A stretch of DNA of 64,000 bases from an uncultured cyanobacterium (GTDB taxonomy: Bacteria; Cyanobacteriota; Cyanobacteriia; Cyanobacteriales; CAWCAG01): positions 192,001-256,000 of the forward strand of contig CAWDOD010000006.1 in the NCBI GenBank assembly GCA_963803805.1. The letters run 5' to 3'. Shown one piece after another: positions 23,679-34,574 of this stretch (its first letter is position 1; every line of letters begins with the position of its first letter). The position numbers were made by a program, and so were the translations under genes. The notes beneath the pieces were generated by a model. That model made no database searches. It was given only the letters and a program-made list of their open reading frames with translations, and was not told where the DNA came from.

Positions 23679-24590
23679 CTACACAGATTCATAATCTGCC
23701 AAAGGTGTAGTGTAACTTGTTGATACTTTTTCCTGTTCTACAATAACTTCTTGGTTAAAAAGATGAGTTTGGTTGACTTCTTGCCTTTGTAGCTCCCAAA
23801 CTTTGAGCAAGATTAAACATTCATAAAAGGTTTGCAAAATACACCAAGTAAAACCTGCCTTACCATCCCAGCAACCCCCCAAAATGAAGTACATATAAAA
23901 GAAACGAATCACAGGGCGAAAGGGTAAGCGTAAAGAAAGATTTTTTAAGGCCCGTCTTCTTTTAACTTCCGTATCACCAAAGAATAATTCTTGCCAATTA
24001 ACTTCACCATAGTTGAGTTGATGAAGGGTTTCTTTTGCTTCATCAGTAGAATAACGATTGTGCTTGTCTAACCAACGGCTAAAACCTTTACTACAGGTAT
24101 AGTGAGGATAGTTAGCTTCAAGGAAACCTGTCATGCCTTGACAAACTTCCCTTTCTGCATGACCATAATCTTCAAACCAAACTTTCCCTTGTTGCAACAA
24201 ACGTAGTTGGTAGCGAGGATACTGGGTGCTGTTGCGTATCCAATGGTTCATGAAGATGACTCGTTCTGCAACATAATAACCTACGCAGTCAGGATTTTGA
24301 ATGGCACTCAAGCACTCTTGAAATAACTCTGGGGTCATACGTTCGTCAGCTTCTAAAATGTAAGCCCATTCGTACTTGGTGGGAATATGCTTTAACATCC
24401 AACTACGCTGTTTGCCGTGGGAGTCGAAGAAACGTTGAAATACTCGCACCGGATAACTACTAGCAATTTCTAAGGTGCGATCGCTGCTATAGGAATCTAC
24501 GACAATTACATCATCTGATAAGAGGGCTGATTCAATGCAAGCAGCAATATCTAGCTCTTCATTGTGAGTCAAAATGTAGATAGAAAACAT
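23679..24590 (-). CDS. Glycosyltransferase family 2
   Basis: ILTHNEE, VVDSYSSDRT and LEADE motifs. Confidence 0.9.
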   Translation of the reverse strand: MFSIYILTHNEELDIAACIESALLSDDVIVVDSYSSDRTLEIASSYPVRVFQRFFDSHGKQRSWMLKHIPTKYEWAYILEADERMTPELFQECLSAIQNPDCVGYYVAERVIFMNHWIRNSTQYPRYQLRLLQQGKVWFEDYGHAEREVCQGMTGFLEANYPHYTCSKGFSRWLDKHNRYSTDEAKETLHQLNYGEVNWQELFFGDTEVKRRRALKNLSLRLPFRPVIRFFYMYFILGGCWDGKAGFTWCILQTFYECLILLKVWELQRQEVNQTHLFNQEVIVEQEKVSTSYTTPLADYESV

Positions 24591-24802
24591 AAAATTATTA
24601 AACTCTTAGAAGCAAATGTTTTGTTTTAGGGAAAAGAAAATCAGGTATCTTTCTGATTAGAGTTTTCTTCTCTAATCGGGAATTTACAGGGAGAAACAGA
24701 ACTATCTTAATAAAGTTTTATTAAAGATAGCAGAGAAATTACCAATAGCTATCATTCAAATTTCTGAATCAAGCAGCTAATCATCTCAGTAATTCTTTTT
24801 AA

Positions 24803-25456
24803 TCAAGGCAAACGCCCTAAAGCTTTTAAGGCTTTTCTTTGATTAGTGCTATCTCCTATATCCCCAAAAATATAAGCTGCTTGATTGAGATCCTGCCTTG
24901 CCCTAGAAATATCTCCCCTTCCTGAGTGAGCTAAACCCCGGTAGTAATAGATTTGTGGCGACTTTGGTTGGATGCGTAAGGCCTGAGTGTAGTCAGCAAC
25001 GGCATCTTGATAATTTCTTAGTTGCTGTTGCAAAGTTCCTCTAGCACTATAAGCCGATAAATAATTGGGATCGTAGTGCAAAGCATAGTTGAAATCAGCT
25101 AATGCCCCTTGCTTATCCCCCATTTGCCAACGAGCATAACCTCGATTGTAGTAAGCTTCAGGAAAACCAGGATTGATTGCTAAAGCTTGATTATAATCGG
25201 CGATCGCTTCGGCATATTTTCCTGATTTAGCATAAACATAGCCTCGATTGTTGTATATTTCTGATTGATTAGGTTGCTCTCCTAAAGATTCCGTATAGTT
25301 AGCGATCGCCTCACGGTAGTTCCCGGCTACAGATTCTTCCATGGCAATATCATAGAAACTATCTGCTCTTTGTTGTTGTAAGCTAGGGGCAATATTCCCA
25401 TAACTTAGGATGGTAGTGATACCAAAAATTGCTAGGGTCTTGTCAAGAAAAGTCAT
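24803..25456 (-). CDS. Secreted TPR-repeat protein
   Basis: Signal-like N-terminus; YNNRG/YYNRG...AIADYNQAL 34-aa repeats. Confidence 0.9.
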   Translation of the reverse strand: MTFLDKTLAIFGITTILSYGNIAPSLQQQRADSFYDIAMEESVAGNYREAIANYTESLGEQPNQSEIYNNRGYVYAKSGKYAEAIADYNQALAINPGFPEAYYNRGYARWQMGDKQGALADFNYALHYDPNYLSAYSARGTLQQQLRNYQDAVADYTQALRIQPKSPQIYYYRGLAHSGRGDISRARQDLNQAAYIFGDIGDSTNQRKALKALGRLP

Positions 25457-25488
25457 TTTCTAGTTATTACTTATTACTTATTGATTAC

Positions 25489-25674
25489 TTACCCACATCG
25501 GGATTCTTGCTTTACTAAGCCTGTCATGGCAGCTTGTTGCAGCTTCATAAAAGCATTGATATCCTCAACACCGTACTTTGTTCTTTGGAGAAGTTGGCGC
25601 AACTTTTCTTCTGCTTCTATGGTTAAGTAACCGCTAGAAAGAGCTATTGTAACTACCTCACGAATCATCATCAT
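25489..25674 (-). CDS. Small conserved cyanobacterial hypothetical protein (~60 aa)
   Basis: IREVV..AL..GYLT.EAE..LR.LL...L..A...G.V.QESR pattern. Confidence 0.75.
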   Translation of the reverse strand: MMMIREVVTIALSSGYLTIEAEEKLRQLLQRTKYGVEDINAFMKLQQAAMTGLVKQESRCG

Positions 25675-25859
25675 TACTTTTCACCCATGTCTTTTGCCAA
25701 AGAAAGCAAAAGAAAAATTCCTCTTGCTCCTATTTAACTTTTCAGGAAGAGAAGAGGAATTTTATGCAATACAACCACAATCTTTTACAAAACTTTTCAC
25801 AACCTAATGGCTAATTGGAGAAAGCAAAAGTTTTATCTTCATCATTCCCTCACATCCTA

Positions 25860-25877
25860 ATTGTAAAGTTTTGTAAC
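25860..25877 (-). promoter_or_regulatory. HLR1 element (RpaB-binding site)
   Basis: Minus strand reads GTTACAAA-AC-TTTACAAT, a full match to (G/T)TTACA(T/A)(T/A)-N2 direct repeat. Confidence 0.65.
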
Positions 25878-25986
25878 TAAAACATCTCTCTTGCATAAAA
25901 TCCTCATTTTTAAGCAGAGAAGTAGATAGAGGCGAGGCAAACAGCCCTATCTCAAAGAGAATAAAAGTTCTCGGTGTATTGTCAGG

Positions 25987-26622
25987 ATGATGAATGAACT
26001 AGAAGATCCCTTAAATCATTTAGCTCTAACAGCTCAAAAATATCCTCCAGGAACTGTAGAGCGACGCAAGGTTGTATCTCAACTACTAATGCAGCTACAA
26101 AAATCAGGTCAACTTACTCGTCTTTGTCCCCCCTACCATCATCTTTCTCAAGATTTACGTGAAGAAGTAAAGGCGATCGCTATGCAAAAATTGTTCACTT
26201 ATATTTATGAACATATTGAAAAGTATGATCCTCAATATACAGTTGGGCAATGGATTATTTTTTTACTAAAAAAGAGGTTTTTTGTGCAAGCATTTCGCGA
26301 AGTGACCGGATTTCGCAACGGTGTAAAAAGGTTAACTATAGAGGAAATCCCTACCAACTATCTTCCCGATGAAACTAATCCTTTAACTTCCGAGGAAGTT
26401 ATTCAGTATATCGAAGAAGATCCTGAAGGTATCTTTCAATTAGCTTGTATTGAAAAACAAGCTAATGCCAACTTTCGTCATATAGCTATACAAAGATTTC
26501 ACGGTTATTCTTGGTTAGAAATAGAAAGTGATTTAGGGTTTTCTATTTCTACTTTAAGTAGTTTCTATCAGCGACATTTGCAGAGATTTGCTCCTAAATT
26601 TAGAGAATACTTAGCTTGGTAA
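25987..26622 (+). CDS. Divergent sigma-70/ECF-like factor of the DUF1822-associated type
   Basis: LA..AQ.YPP...R, I.KYDP and region-4 HTH SW.EI...LG..ISTLSSFYQR.L..FAP. Confidence 0.7.
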   Translation: MMNELEDPLNHLALTAQKYPPGTVERRKVVSQLLMQLQKSGQLTRLCPPYHHLSQDLREEVKAIAMQKLFTYIYEHIEKYDPQYTVGQWIIFLLKKRFFVQAFREVTGFRNGVKRLTIEEIPTNYLPDETNPLTSEEVIQYIEEDPEGIFQLACIEKQANANFRHIAIQRFHGYSWLEIESDLGFSISTLSSFYQRHLQRFAPKFREYLAW

Positions 26623-26650
26623 TTTTAGCTTGAATAAAAGATAAAAAATC

Positions 26651-27601
26651 ATGAATCCACAATACAACAAACTTGAATTTTCAGTTCCCATTACTCAAAA
26701 AATTCATAGTACGGCTCAAAAGTTTCAAAATCAGCAAGCCAATGCTAAAAAATCTCAACAAGTTTATCTTAATACTTTAGCTGTGTATGCTGCTAATTAC
26801 TACTTAGAATGTTTAGGTATTGAAACAGACTTAGAAGTAAGTGATAGTTGGAATCCTGTTTTACAAGCCCTTGCCAACGTAGGAGATTTAGTTGTTAGGA
26901 ATAAAGGTAAACTAGAGTGTCGCTATGTTTTGCCTGGAGAGGACTATTGTTATGTACCTCCGGAAGTTTGGCAAGACAGAATTGGTTATGTTGTCGTTAG
27001 GCTCAATCAAGAATTAACTGAAGCAACTCTGTTGGGATATATCCCTCAAGTAAAAACAGAAAAAGTTGCTATCAAAGAACTAGAATCTTTAGATAGATTA
27101 TTAGAAGTACTTAGTATTGAAGAACTTGAAGAAGTGACAGCAATTAATCAGCAAATAATCAAGCTTAGTCAATGGTTAGAGAAGCGATTTGAACATGGTT
27201 GGCAAGCAGTAGAAGACATCTTACAAAAACCAAGTAATGATTTGTTATTTAGCTTTCGCGGTAAATATAAATTTAGACAACAGTCTACCAATGTGGCTGA
27301 AGGAGCAAAGATTTTAGGTTTGGAAAGGGAAGGAGAAGAAGTTGCTTTGATTATAGGTTTAACCCCAACTCAAGAGTCAGAAATGGACATTTCTGTACAA
27401 GTTTATCCTGCTGGAAAACAAACCTATTTACCCAAAGATTTGCAACTCATGGTACTAGATGAAGGAGGGGAAGCAGTCATGCAAGCTCAAGCAAGAAGTA
27501 CCAAAAATATTCAACTAGAGTTTAGTGGTGAACCAGGAGAAAAATTTAGTGTCAAGGTTGCTTTAGGAAATGTGAGTATCACAGAACCTTTTCTGATTTA
27601 G
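26651..27601 (+). CDS. DUF1822 family protein
   Basis: QVYLNTLAV.A...YL, G.LECR.V, DRIGYVVV.L, LSQWL...F..GWQ and C-terminal GE.FSV.V.LG..S.TE.F. Confidence 0.88.
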   Translation: MNPQYNKLEFSVPITQKIHSTAQKFQNQQANAKKSQQVYLNTLAVYAANYYLECLGIETDLEVSDSWNPVLQALANVGDLVVRNKGKLECRYVLPGEDYCYVPPEVWQDRIGYVVVRLNQELTEATLLGYIPQVKTEKVAIKELESLDRLLEVLSIEELEEVTAINQQIIKLSQWLEKRFEHGWQAVEDILQKPSNDLLFSFRGKYKFRQQSTNVAEGAKILGLEREGEEVALIIGLTPTQESEMDISVQVYPAGKQTYLPKDLQLMVLDEGGEAVMQAQARSTKNIQLEFSGEPGEKFSVKVALGNVSITEPFLI

Positions 27602-27695
27602 TTAGAGAAATAAAGTTTTTAACCCTTGCTGCCTGCTACCTACTCCCTACTCCCTACCCCCACAAATAACCTGTGCAAATAAACAGGATTTGGTA

Positions 27696-30600
27696 TCACA
27701 TACCGCAACGTTCGAGATAAATTTGTGCTACTTTATCCTGCGGGTTCAGGTCTAAGCATTTCCGAAATAATTTTGCGGCTTGGGAGTGGGCATGACGATA
27801 AAAGAGTTGCAGGGCTTCCTCAAAAAACTGGATAGTATCTGATTTGGCAGCACGAATTTCGGGAGGATCGCCATCGAAAACTTCAAAAACAGCTACAGGT
27901 CGAGATTTTCCTTTTGGGACAATTTGAGCAATGAGGCGAATGTGATATTGGGTTGGGTCTTGGAGTCGGGCTAAAGTATGATGGGAAATTAATAAAGATA
28001 CTTCATATCTTTTCGTTAAATCCTCCAAACGGGCAGCTAAATTAACTGCATCGCTAATGGCGGTGCTATCTAAACGAGATTTACCTCCCACAGTACCCAA
28101 CATCAAAGAACCAGTATTGATACCAATACCAATTTGGATGGGAGGACGTTGGGTTGTCTGCCGAGTTTGATTATATTCCCTTAATGCCTGCAACATAGTA
28201 ATGGCCGCTTTGACGGCATCGTCTGCTTCCCTACCAAATAGGGCCATGATGGCATCACCAATATATTTATCGATGAAACCTTGATTTTCAATGATACTGG
28301 GTTCCATACGGGAAAGATAAGCATTAATAAACTTAAAGTTATCCTCTGGGGTCATAACCTCAGATAAGGTAGTAAAGTTGCGAATATCAGCAAACAATAC
28401 TGACATTTCCTGATGTACACAATCTCCTAGTTGTACATCAGCAATACTTTCTTTGCCTAATAAGGTCAGAAATTGCCTAGGAACAAAGCGAGAACAAGCT
28501 TCGTTGAGTCGCAATAGTCCAGCCGTAAATTTGGCTAATTCTGCTTCTGATGTTTTACGTTCTGTGATATCTTGAAAAGCGGCAATACCGTAGATTATCT
28601 CATTCTGGGAGTTGTAAACAGGAGTTCCCCAAACTTCTAAAGGAATTATTTTATCTCCTTGATGAATTTCTAAATTGTTTGTGGTGGAAGATTCCCCTCG
28701 CAAAGCACGGATTACCGGTAATTGTTCAGTAGGGTATTTTTGGTTAGTGCCAGCTATGTAGTTATCATAAATATCTGCTAGATTTTCTGGCTTCCCACTT
28801 TTGACAATTCCTTTACCTAAAATATTTTGGGCAGTGCGATTAGCGTAGTAAGGTTGAGCCTTTGCATCAAGCACAAATACCCCTACTGGTATAGCTTCGA
28901 GGAATTGGGTAAGTTGACTTTTGCTGGCCTGCACTTTTGCGTAGAGTTGGGCATTTTTAATGGAGATAGCTGCTTGAGAAGAAAGTATAGTTAATAGTTG
29001 CAATCTCTTGGCAGTAAAGGCTCCTGTGGTGAGAGTGTTTTCTAAATAAACCAAGAAAATTAGTTGTCCTTGGTTGGTTATAGGTACGCAGAGAAGGGAT
29101 TGGGGTTGTTGTTTTTGTAGATAGGGGTCATTTGCTGAGAGCTTTTCTTGTTGTAGGTTGTTATAAACTACAGTTTCTTGGCTGCGGACAACATAGTTAA
29201 TAATAGAGACTGGTAAGCGTCTGCCAATGGGAAGGGATTGCAAAACAGAAATAGAATCGCTATCTACCGCTCCTTCTGCTTCAATGAACAAACTACCATC
29301 TTCTGAAGGTAAAATTAAGCAACCTTTGGTTGCCCCCGCATTCTCAATCAAGATTTTCATTAAGGTAGCCAGCAATTTGTCTAGCTTGATTTCTTGAGAA
29401 ATCGCTTGACTAGCTTTGGTGATGGCTATTAAGTCTAAAGTTTCTCCTTGATGGGACGAAGATGTATTATTGTGTTTATCTTCTTGGCGTTCAGGAAGCT
29501 TTTCTAATAAGTAACCATAGTGTCTAACAATATCTTCTACTTTGGCTGTAGCTTGCCAACGTAGGTAGTGATAATGGGCTTTTCCGATGTAGAGTTGAGC
29601 AATTTCTTGGCGATCGCAACTTAAATAAAATCGGGCAGCAAGTTCATAAGCAAGAGCTTCTTGATTGAGATAGCCAGAGTCTTTTGCTTGCTTAATCGCT
29701 TGCTCATAAAACTCTGTAGCTGACCATTTCTGCCCTAAAATGCGAGCTTTTTCTGCTTCGACTAATTGGTATTTATGCTGGAAGTTCCCTGGGGCGTGAT
29801 CAGCCCAAGTTTTCATTTGAACTTGGTTTGTTGTTACCTGTTGTAAATACTCTCGTTGCAAACCACCATCGACTTGAGGATATCTCCCTAGTAATGCTAA
29901 GGAGTAGTAAAATTTATGCTCTGCTAAGGCTAATAAACCCACCATAGAAGGGACATACTGTTCAGCTAAAGCCCCGTTGCTAACAGCAGCAGTAAAGTCC
30001 CCGAAAAGGTAGTTAAGGATAGTTTTGGTGAGGTAAACACAAAACAAGGAACTGAGGTTATTGTTAGCTTGCAATTGAGGTAGCATTATACCTTCATCAA
30101 AAATCTCTCCCACTAAAAGACAAGGGTTTGGGTTTTTCCCTTGCAAATTTAAAACTATTTGTCCCCAAATTTGGGCGTAGTGAAGTTGGAATTGCTGTTT
30201 CAGGCTAGCAATTAGGGCAATGAATTGTTCCTGTTGTTGTTGGACAACTTCTAAAGGTTCCCCAACAAAAAAGAGATTAGAACAAGTTGGCAGAGCCGCA
30301 TAAGCTGCAAACTCAATATCTCCAGTTTCTAAACCGATTTCTATGGTTCTGCGTAAAGGTTCTAAAGATGCCCTAGCTGGTTCTTGCCAATGGCGAATAT
30401 GGGTATTGAAGAGGTTGTGAACTTTACATTGTACTTCCCTCGCTGCAAAGTCATTACTTAGTTGCAAGCCCAACTGACCAAATCTATAACCCTGGGGAAT
30501 TTGTCCCATGACACCACAAAGAAGGAAACCATAAAAGGTGTAGGCATAGGCAGCTAAAGGAGAGTTACCATAGCTAATACACAGATCTACCATAGTAAAA

Positions 30601-33362
30601 GCAATGGGGGAAAGTAGTTCTGGTTTGGCAATGAAAGCTGGGGCAAAGACTAACATCAAAATTCGCAAAGCTGCCAATTTATCAGTTTGAGTCATGGTTG
30701 GTAGTTTATAGAGATCCTCAATAATAATTTCTTGACTAGGGGGAGATGATAGCAAAGTGATATCCAGTATTTCCAAGGCGTGGAGGGCAGTATTTATCGC
30801 CGCTTCCATTTGATTTTGAGCGCCGTAAGACTGGATTTGCACTTGATAGACTTTGATTTTATCTAAAACTGTTTTTCCCTGGCTCAAAACCCTTTGGGCT
30901 AATTCCTCAGCCTGTTTAAAGTTGGTGTTGAGGTATTGGGATTCTACTGCTTCTATATGCAAATCAAGAGTTAAGGCATAGCTGGTTTGCCAACTATCCC
31001 CTGGCAGAAGACTTAAGGCAACATCAAAGTATTTTACGGCTGTTTGATAAGCATTGGCAGCTTTAGCACGCTTCCCTGCTTGGGCATTTAGCGTGATTAG
31101 TTCTTGCTTCTGTTGTCCCCTTTGCAGACATTCTCTACCCTCATTAAGCTGGTTAACAATAGCAAAGATATTCTCTTGTCTTGTTTCCTCAGACCAACCA
31201 GAAGCCAATAGTTGACCAATTTGCCAATGGGTAAGTTTTCTCTCTTGCGGGGGAATCAAAGTATAGACGGCTTGTTGCAAACGATCATGGCTGAACTTAT
31301 ACTCAACTTCTGGCTCAGAACCAAGGTATTCTTCTTGTAAGGGTATAATTAGCTGTTGGGCGATCGCTTCTTGCAAAGCAAAGGTTATTTCTTCTGGAGA
31401 TTTTTCAGTAACAATAGCTAGGGTTTGCAACTTAAACTGATTGCCGATGCAGGCGGCTAATTTGAGGGTTTGTTGAGTCAAGGGTGCTAAAGTTTGAATT
31501 TTAGCTGCCATAAGTTCAACGACATTATCAGTAAAACCCCATTCTCGAATGCGTTTTAAGTCCCATTGCCAACCCCATTCATGGCTATAATCCACTTGAG
31601 GGTATTGGAAGCGAAATAATCCTTCTTGATAAAGAGAGTGTAAGAAGATATTAATAAAGAAAGGATTGCCGTTAGTATGATTTAGAACTAATTGGGCTAA
31701 TGGTTCGACTTTTTCGGCATTACTATTAAAGGTATCAACTATTAGTTGGCTAACTTCTTTTAAACCCAAAGGTTGAAGTGAAATTCTCTCAACAATTACT
31801 CCATTTTGATGAATTTCCTCAAGCATCAAACTTATGGCATGAGTGTTATCAACTTCACTGTCACGATAAGCTCCAATTACGAAGAGATTTGTGATGCCTA
31901 CTAAAAGTTTGGTTAACTCCATTGAAGCCGGATCTGCCCATTGTAAGTCGTCTAAAAATAACACCAAAGGATGTTCTTTTTGAGCAAAGACTTGACTAAA
32001 ATTTCGGAATACTAAGTTAAAACGATTATGGGCTTCTGCTGGGGCCAAATGAGGAATATCAGGTTGGGAACCGATTAAAAGTTCTACTTCCGGAATAACT
32101 TCGCTAATAACTCGACCATTAACCCCTAAAGCTATTTGGATTTTTTCTCGCCATTGATTTAGTTGCGTTTCTGTTTCAGCTAAGAGATGTTTAATTAATC
32201 CTCGAAAGGCTTGAATAATACCCAGGTAAGGAATATCCTGTTGATATTGCTCGAATTTCCCTGTTATAAAATAACCACGTTTGGCCGTAATAGCCTCGTA
32301 AAGTGAAGCTATTAAAGTTGATTTACCAATACCTGGAGAACCAGTCACTACAGTTAACTGAATAGCTTTTTTATTTTGCTTAGTATCAGTTTGATGGTTG
32401 ATTTCTGCAAATCTTTGCAGTAGAGTAGCAGCTTCTTTTTCCCTACCATATATTCTTTGAGGAATTTGAAACCTATCGGTAATATCTTGAGTACCAAGGG
32501 GAAACGGACTAATTTTCCCTTGTGTTTGTAGTTGAAGTAAGCATTCTTCCAAATCTGTTTTGATACCCCAAGCACTTTGATAGCGATCTTCGGCATTCTT
32601 CGCCATCAATTTCATCACAATATCTGCAACAACCTGGGGAACTTCTTCACTGATAATTGAAGGAGGCATTCTCGCAATATGACAATGTACCAATTCCAAA
32701 GGATCTTTAGTAGAAAAAGGTAAATCACCACTCAGTAACTCATAGAAGCTAACCCCAAGTGAATAAAAGTCGCTGCGGTAATCTACATAACGGTTCATTC
32801 TACCAGTTTGCTCTGGGGAGATATAAGGTAAAGTCCCTTCTAAAATGAGGGGGTTACTTAAGGTGGTATTTTCTTGGGCTAAAACCGTTGAAATACCAAA
32901 ATCAATGATCTTTAATTTTCCTGTGGTGGGATTAAAAACAATATTAGAAGGATTGATATCTTTATGAATAATTTTGGCAGCATGAATTTGCCCTAAAACA
33001 GTAACAATTTTACTTGCAATTAATAGAAAATCATGTATGTCTAAAGGTTCTTCCTTGGTCAATATTTGTAATGATTCGCCACCAAAATCCTCAAGAATAA
33101 TGACTAAAGTATTACGATATTTTTCTAGGCTATAAGCTGTAACAACTCCTTCTATATGAAGATTGCGAAGAATATTATATTCCCTTTGGTATCTGCATAC
33201 TTCTTCTAGTGTAGGGTAATTCTGTTTAAGTACTTTGAGAATAACAGGTTGCGTATCTTTCTCTCTAATACTTCGGAATACTAAAGAATTTGTACTCTCG
33301 TGAATTTGAGAGATAATTTTATAACCAGGAACATTAATCATCTGAATGTCTGTGAAGTTCAA
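27696..33362 (-). CDS. Multidomain Ser/Thr kinase - AAA ATPase - GAF - PAS - class III adenylate cyclase
   Basis: HKDINPSN/DFG/YISPEQTGR kinase; GSPGIGKS and LFLDDLQWAD AAA; GAF (LCVPI...YLEN); PAS; cyclase FADIRNFT, DKYIGDAIM and DAVNLAARLE. Confidence 0.92.
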   Translation of the reverse strand: MNFTDIQMINVPGYKIISQIHESTNSLVFRSIREKDTQPVILKVLKQNYPTLEEVCRYQREYNILRNLHIEGVVTAYSLEKYRNTLVIILEDFGGESLQILTKEEPLDIHDFLLIASKIVTVLGQIHAAKIIHKDINPSNIVFNPTTGKLKIIDFGISTVLAQENTTLSNPLILEGTLPYISPEQTGRMNRYVDYRSDFYSLGVSFYELLSGDLPFSTKDPLELVHCHIARMPPSIISEEVPQVVADIVMKLMAKNAEDRYQSAWGIKTDLEECLLQLQTQGKISPFPLGTQDITDRFQIPQRIYGREKEAATLLQRFAEINHQTDTKQNKKAIQLTVVTGSPGIGKSTLIASLYEAITAKRGYFITGKFEQYQQDIPYLGIIQAFRGLIKHLLAETETQLNQWREKIQIALGVNGRVISEVIPEVELLIGSQPDIPHLAPAEAHNRFNLVFRNFSQVFAQKEHPLVLFLDDLQWADPASMELTKLLVGITNLFVIGAYRDSEVDNTHAISLMLEEIHQNGVIVERISLQPLGLKEVSQLIVDTFNSNAEKVEPLAQLVLNHTNGNPFFINIFLHSLYQEGLFRFQYPQVDYSHEWGWQWDLKRIREWGFTDNVVELMAAKIQTLAPLTQQTLKLAACIGNQFKLQTLAIVTEKSPEEITFALQEAIAQQLIIPLQEEYLGSEPEVEYKFSHDRLQQAVYTLIPPQERKLTHWQIGQLLASGWSEETRQENIFAIVNQLNEGRECLQRGQQKQELITLNAQAGKRAKAANAYQTAVKYFDVALSLLPGDSWQTSYALTLDLHIEAVESQYLNTNFKQAEELAQRVLSQGKTVLDKIKVYQVQIQSYGAQNQMEAAINTALHALEILDITLLSSPPSQEIIIEDLYKLPTMTQTDKLAALRILMLVFAPAFIAKPELLSPIAFTMVDLCISYGNSPLAAYAYTFYGFLLCGVMGQIPQGYRFGQLGLQLSNDFAAREVQCKVHNLFNTHIRHWQEPARASLEPLRRTIEIGLETGDIEFAAYAALPTCSNLFFVGEPLEVVQQQQEQFIALIASLKQQFQLHYAQIWGQIVLNLQGKNPNPCLLVGEIFDEGIMLPQLQANNNLSSLFCVYLTKTILNYLFGDFTAAVSNGALAEQYVPSMVGLLALAEHKFYYSLALLGRYPQVDGGLQREYLQQVTTNQVQMKTWADHAPGNFQHKYQLVEAEKARILGQKWSATEFYEQAIKQAKDSGYLNQEALAYELAARFYLSCDRQEIAQLYIGKAHYHYLRWQATAKVEDIVRHYGYLLEKLPERQEDKHNNTSSSHQGETLDLIAITKASQAISQEIKLDKLLATLMKILIENAGATKGCLILPSEDGSLFIEAEGAVDSDSISVLQSLPIGRRLPVSIINYVVRSQETVVYNNLQQEKLSANDPYLQKQQPQSLLCVPITNQGQLIFLVYLENTLTTGAFTAKRLQLLTILSSQAAISIKNAQLYAKVQASKSQLTQFLEAIPVGVFVLDAKAQPYYANRTAQNILGKGIVKSGKPENLADIYDNYIAGTNQKYPTEQLPVIRALRGESSTTNNLEIHQGDKIIPLEVWGTPVYNSQNEIIYGIAAFQDITERKTSEAELAKFTAGLLRLNEACSRFVPRQFLTLLGKESIADVQLGDCVHQEMSVLFADIRNFTTLSEVMTPEDNFKFINAYLSRMEPSIIENQGFIDKYIGDAIMALFGREADDAVKAAITMLQALREYNQTRQTTQRPPIQIGIGINTGSLMLGTVGGKSRLDSTAISDAVNLAARLEDLTKRYEVSLLISHHTLARLQDPTQYHIRLIAQIVPKGKSRPVAVFEVFDGDPPEIRAAKSDTIQFFEEALQLFYRHAHSQAAKLFRKCLDLNPQDKVAQIYLERCGM

Positions 33363-33604
33363 AGGGAATCATAGACACTGAATTATTCTACCTCTAAATC
33401 AGATAACCGGAGTATTGATATATTAACAAAGCAAATTTTTGACTTGCTTGTAGGATTATATGAGTCAATACTAGCCAAATTTCCAGGTACAATTCCCCCC
33501 ATTTTTCTGATGTCGTATATTAGCCAAGCTAGGATCATGAAAAGACGAGGGATAGCCAAACAATCTGCCCTTGAACTTTTCCTTTTGTAGATACTTAAAT
33601 TGTC

Positions 33605-34540
33605 ATGTCTTCAACTTCATTTCCCACCTCTAATCCCCTAGTTGCCTTCTCTGAGTATCTTGCTGCGTTAGTTGCCCAAATAGAGCCGACTGTAGTTGCA
33701 GTTAAGGGGCGATCGCGCTTTTCCTCCAGTGGGATATATTGGCAACCGGGAATCATTGTTACCTCAGAATCTTACCTCAAAAGATCCGAAGAACTGACAG
33801 TACTTTTAGCAGATAATTCCAGTATACCTGCAAAACTGCTCGGCAGAGATATTAGCACTGACATTGCTGTTCTCCAAATTGAAGATCCAGAATTACCGGT
33901 AGCGGAAATCAGCGACAATAATTCATTGCAAGTGGGACATCTAGTTTTAGCTTTGGGACGTTCTCGTGAAGACGGACTCAACGCTTCTATGGGGCTAATT
34001 AGTACAATAGGAGAAGCTTGGCAAAGTCGCAACGGTGGCTTAATTGACCGGTTAATTCGCCCCGACTTGAATCTTTACCCAGGCTTATTCGGAGGCCCTT
34101 TAGTGGATGTAACAGGAAAAGTTGTGGGCATGAATACCTCCGGCCCAGGCGCATGGCTTTGACAATTCCGGCGACTACCATCAATCGAGTTGTCAAACAG
34201 CTTTTAGAACAAGGAAACATTGCACGAGGTTATCTCGGATTAGGGATGCAGCCTGTACCCTTACCAGAAAGTCTGCAAAGTAATCTTTCCCTAGATTCTG
34301 AAGTGGGAATATTAGTAGTTAGTGTAGAGTCTCAAGGGCCAGGCAGATCAAGCAGGAGTTCTTATCGGTGACATACTGCTGGAAATCGATGGTAGTCTCC
34401 TGAAAGATGTTGCTGATGTACAAAGGAAGTTAGGAACACAAAGTGTTGGTAGAACCTTGGAAATACAGCTTATTCGTGGCGGCCAATTAATTGAAGTTAC
34501 AATTGTACCTGGGGAAAGACCGACACAAGGTTGCTGTTAA
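33605..34540 (+). pseudogene. HtrA/S1C-like trypsin-PDZ protein broken by two compensating frameshifts (or sequencing errors)
   Basis: ORFs 33605-34162 and 34153-34371 plus a hand-translated tail ADQAGVLIGDILLEIDG...RGGQLIEVTIVPGERP (34343-34540) form one protease+PDZ gene. Confidence 0.8.
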
Positions 34541-34574
34541 CAAATCAAAGTTCCCCCCGCATAATCAATGGTAA

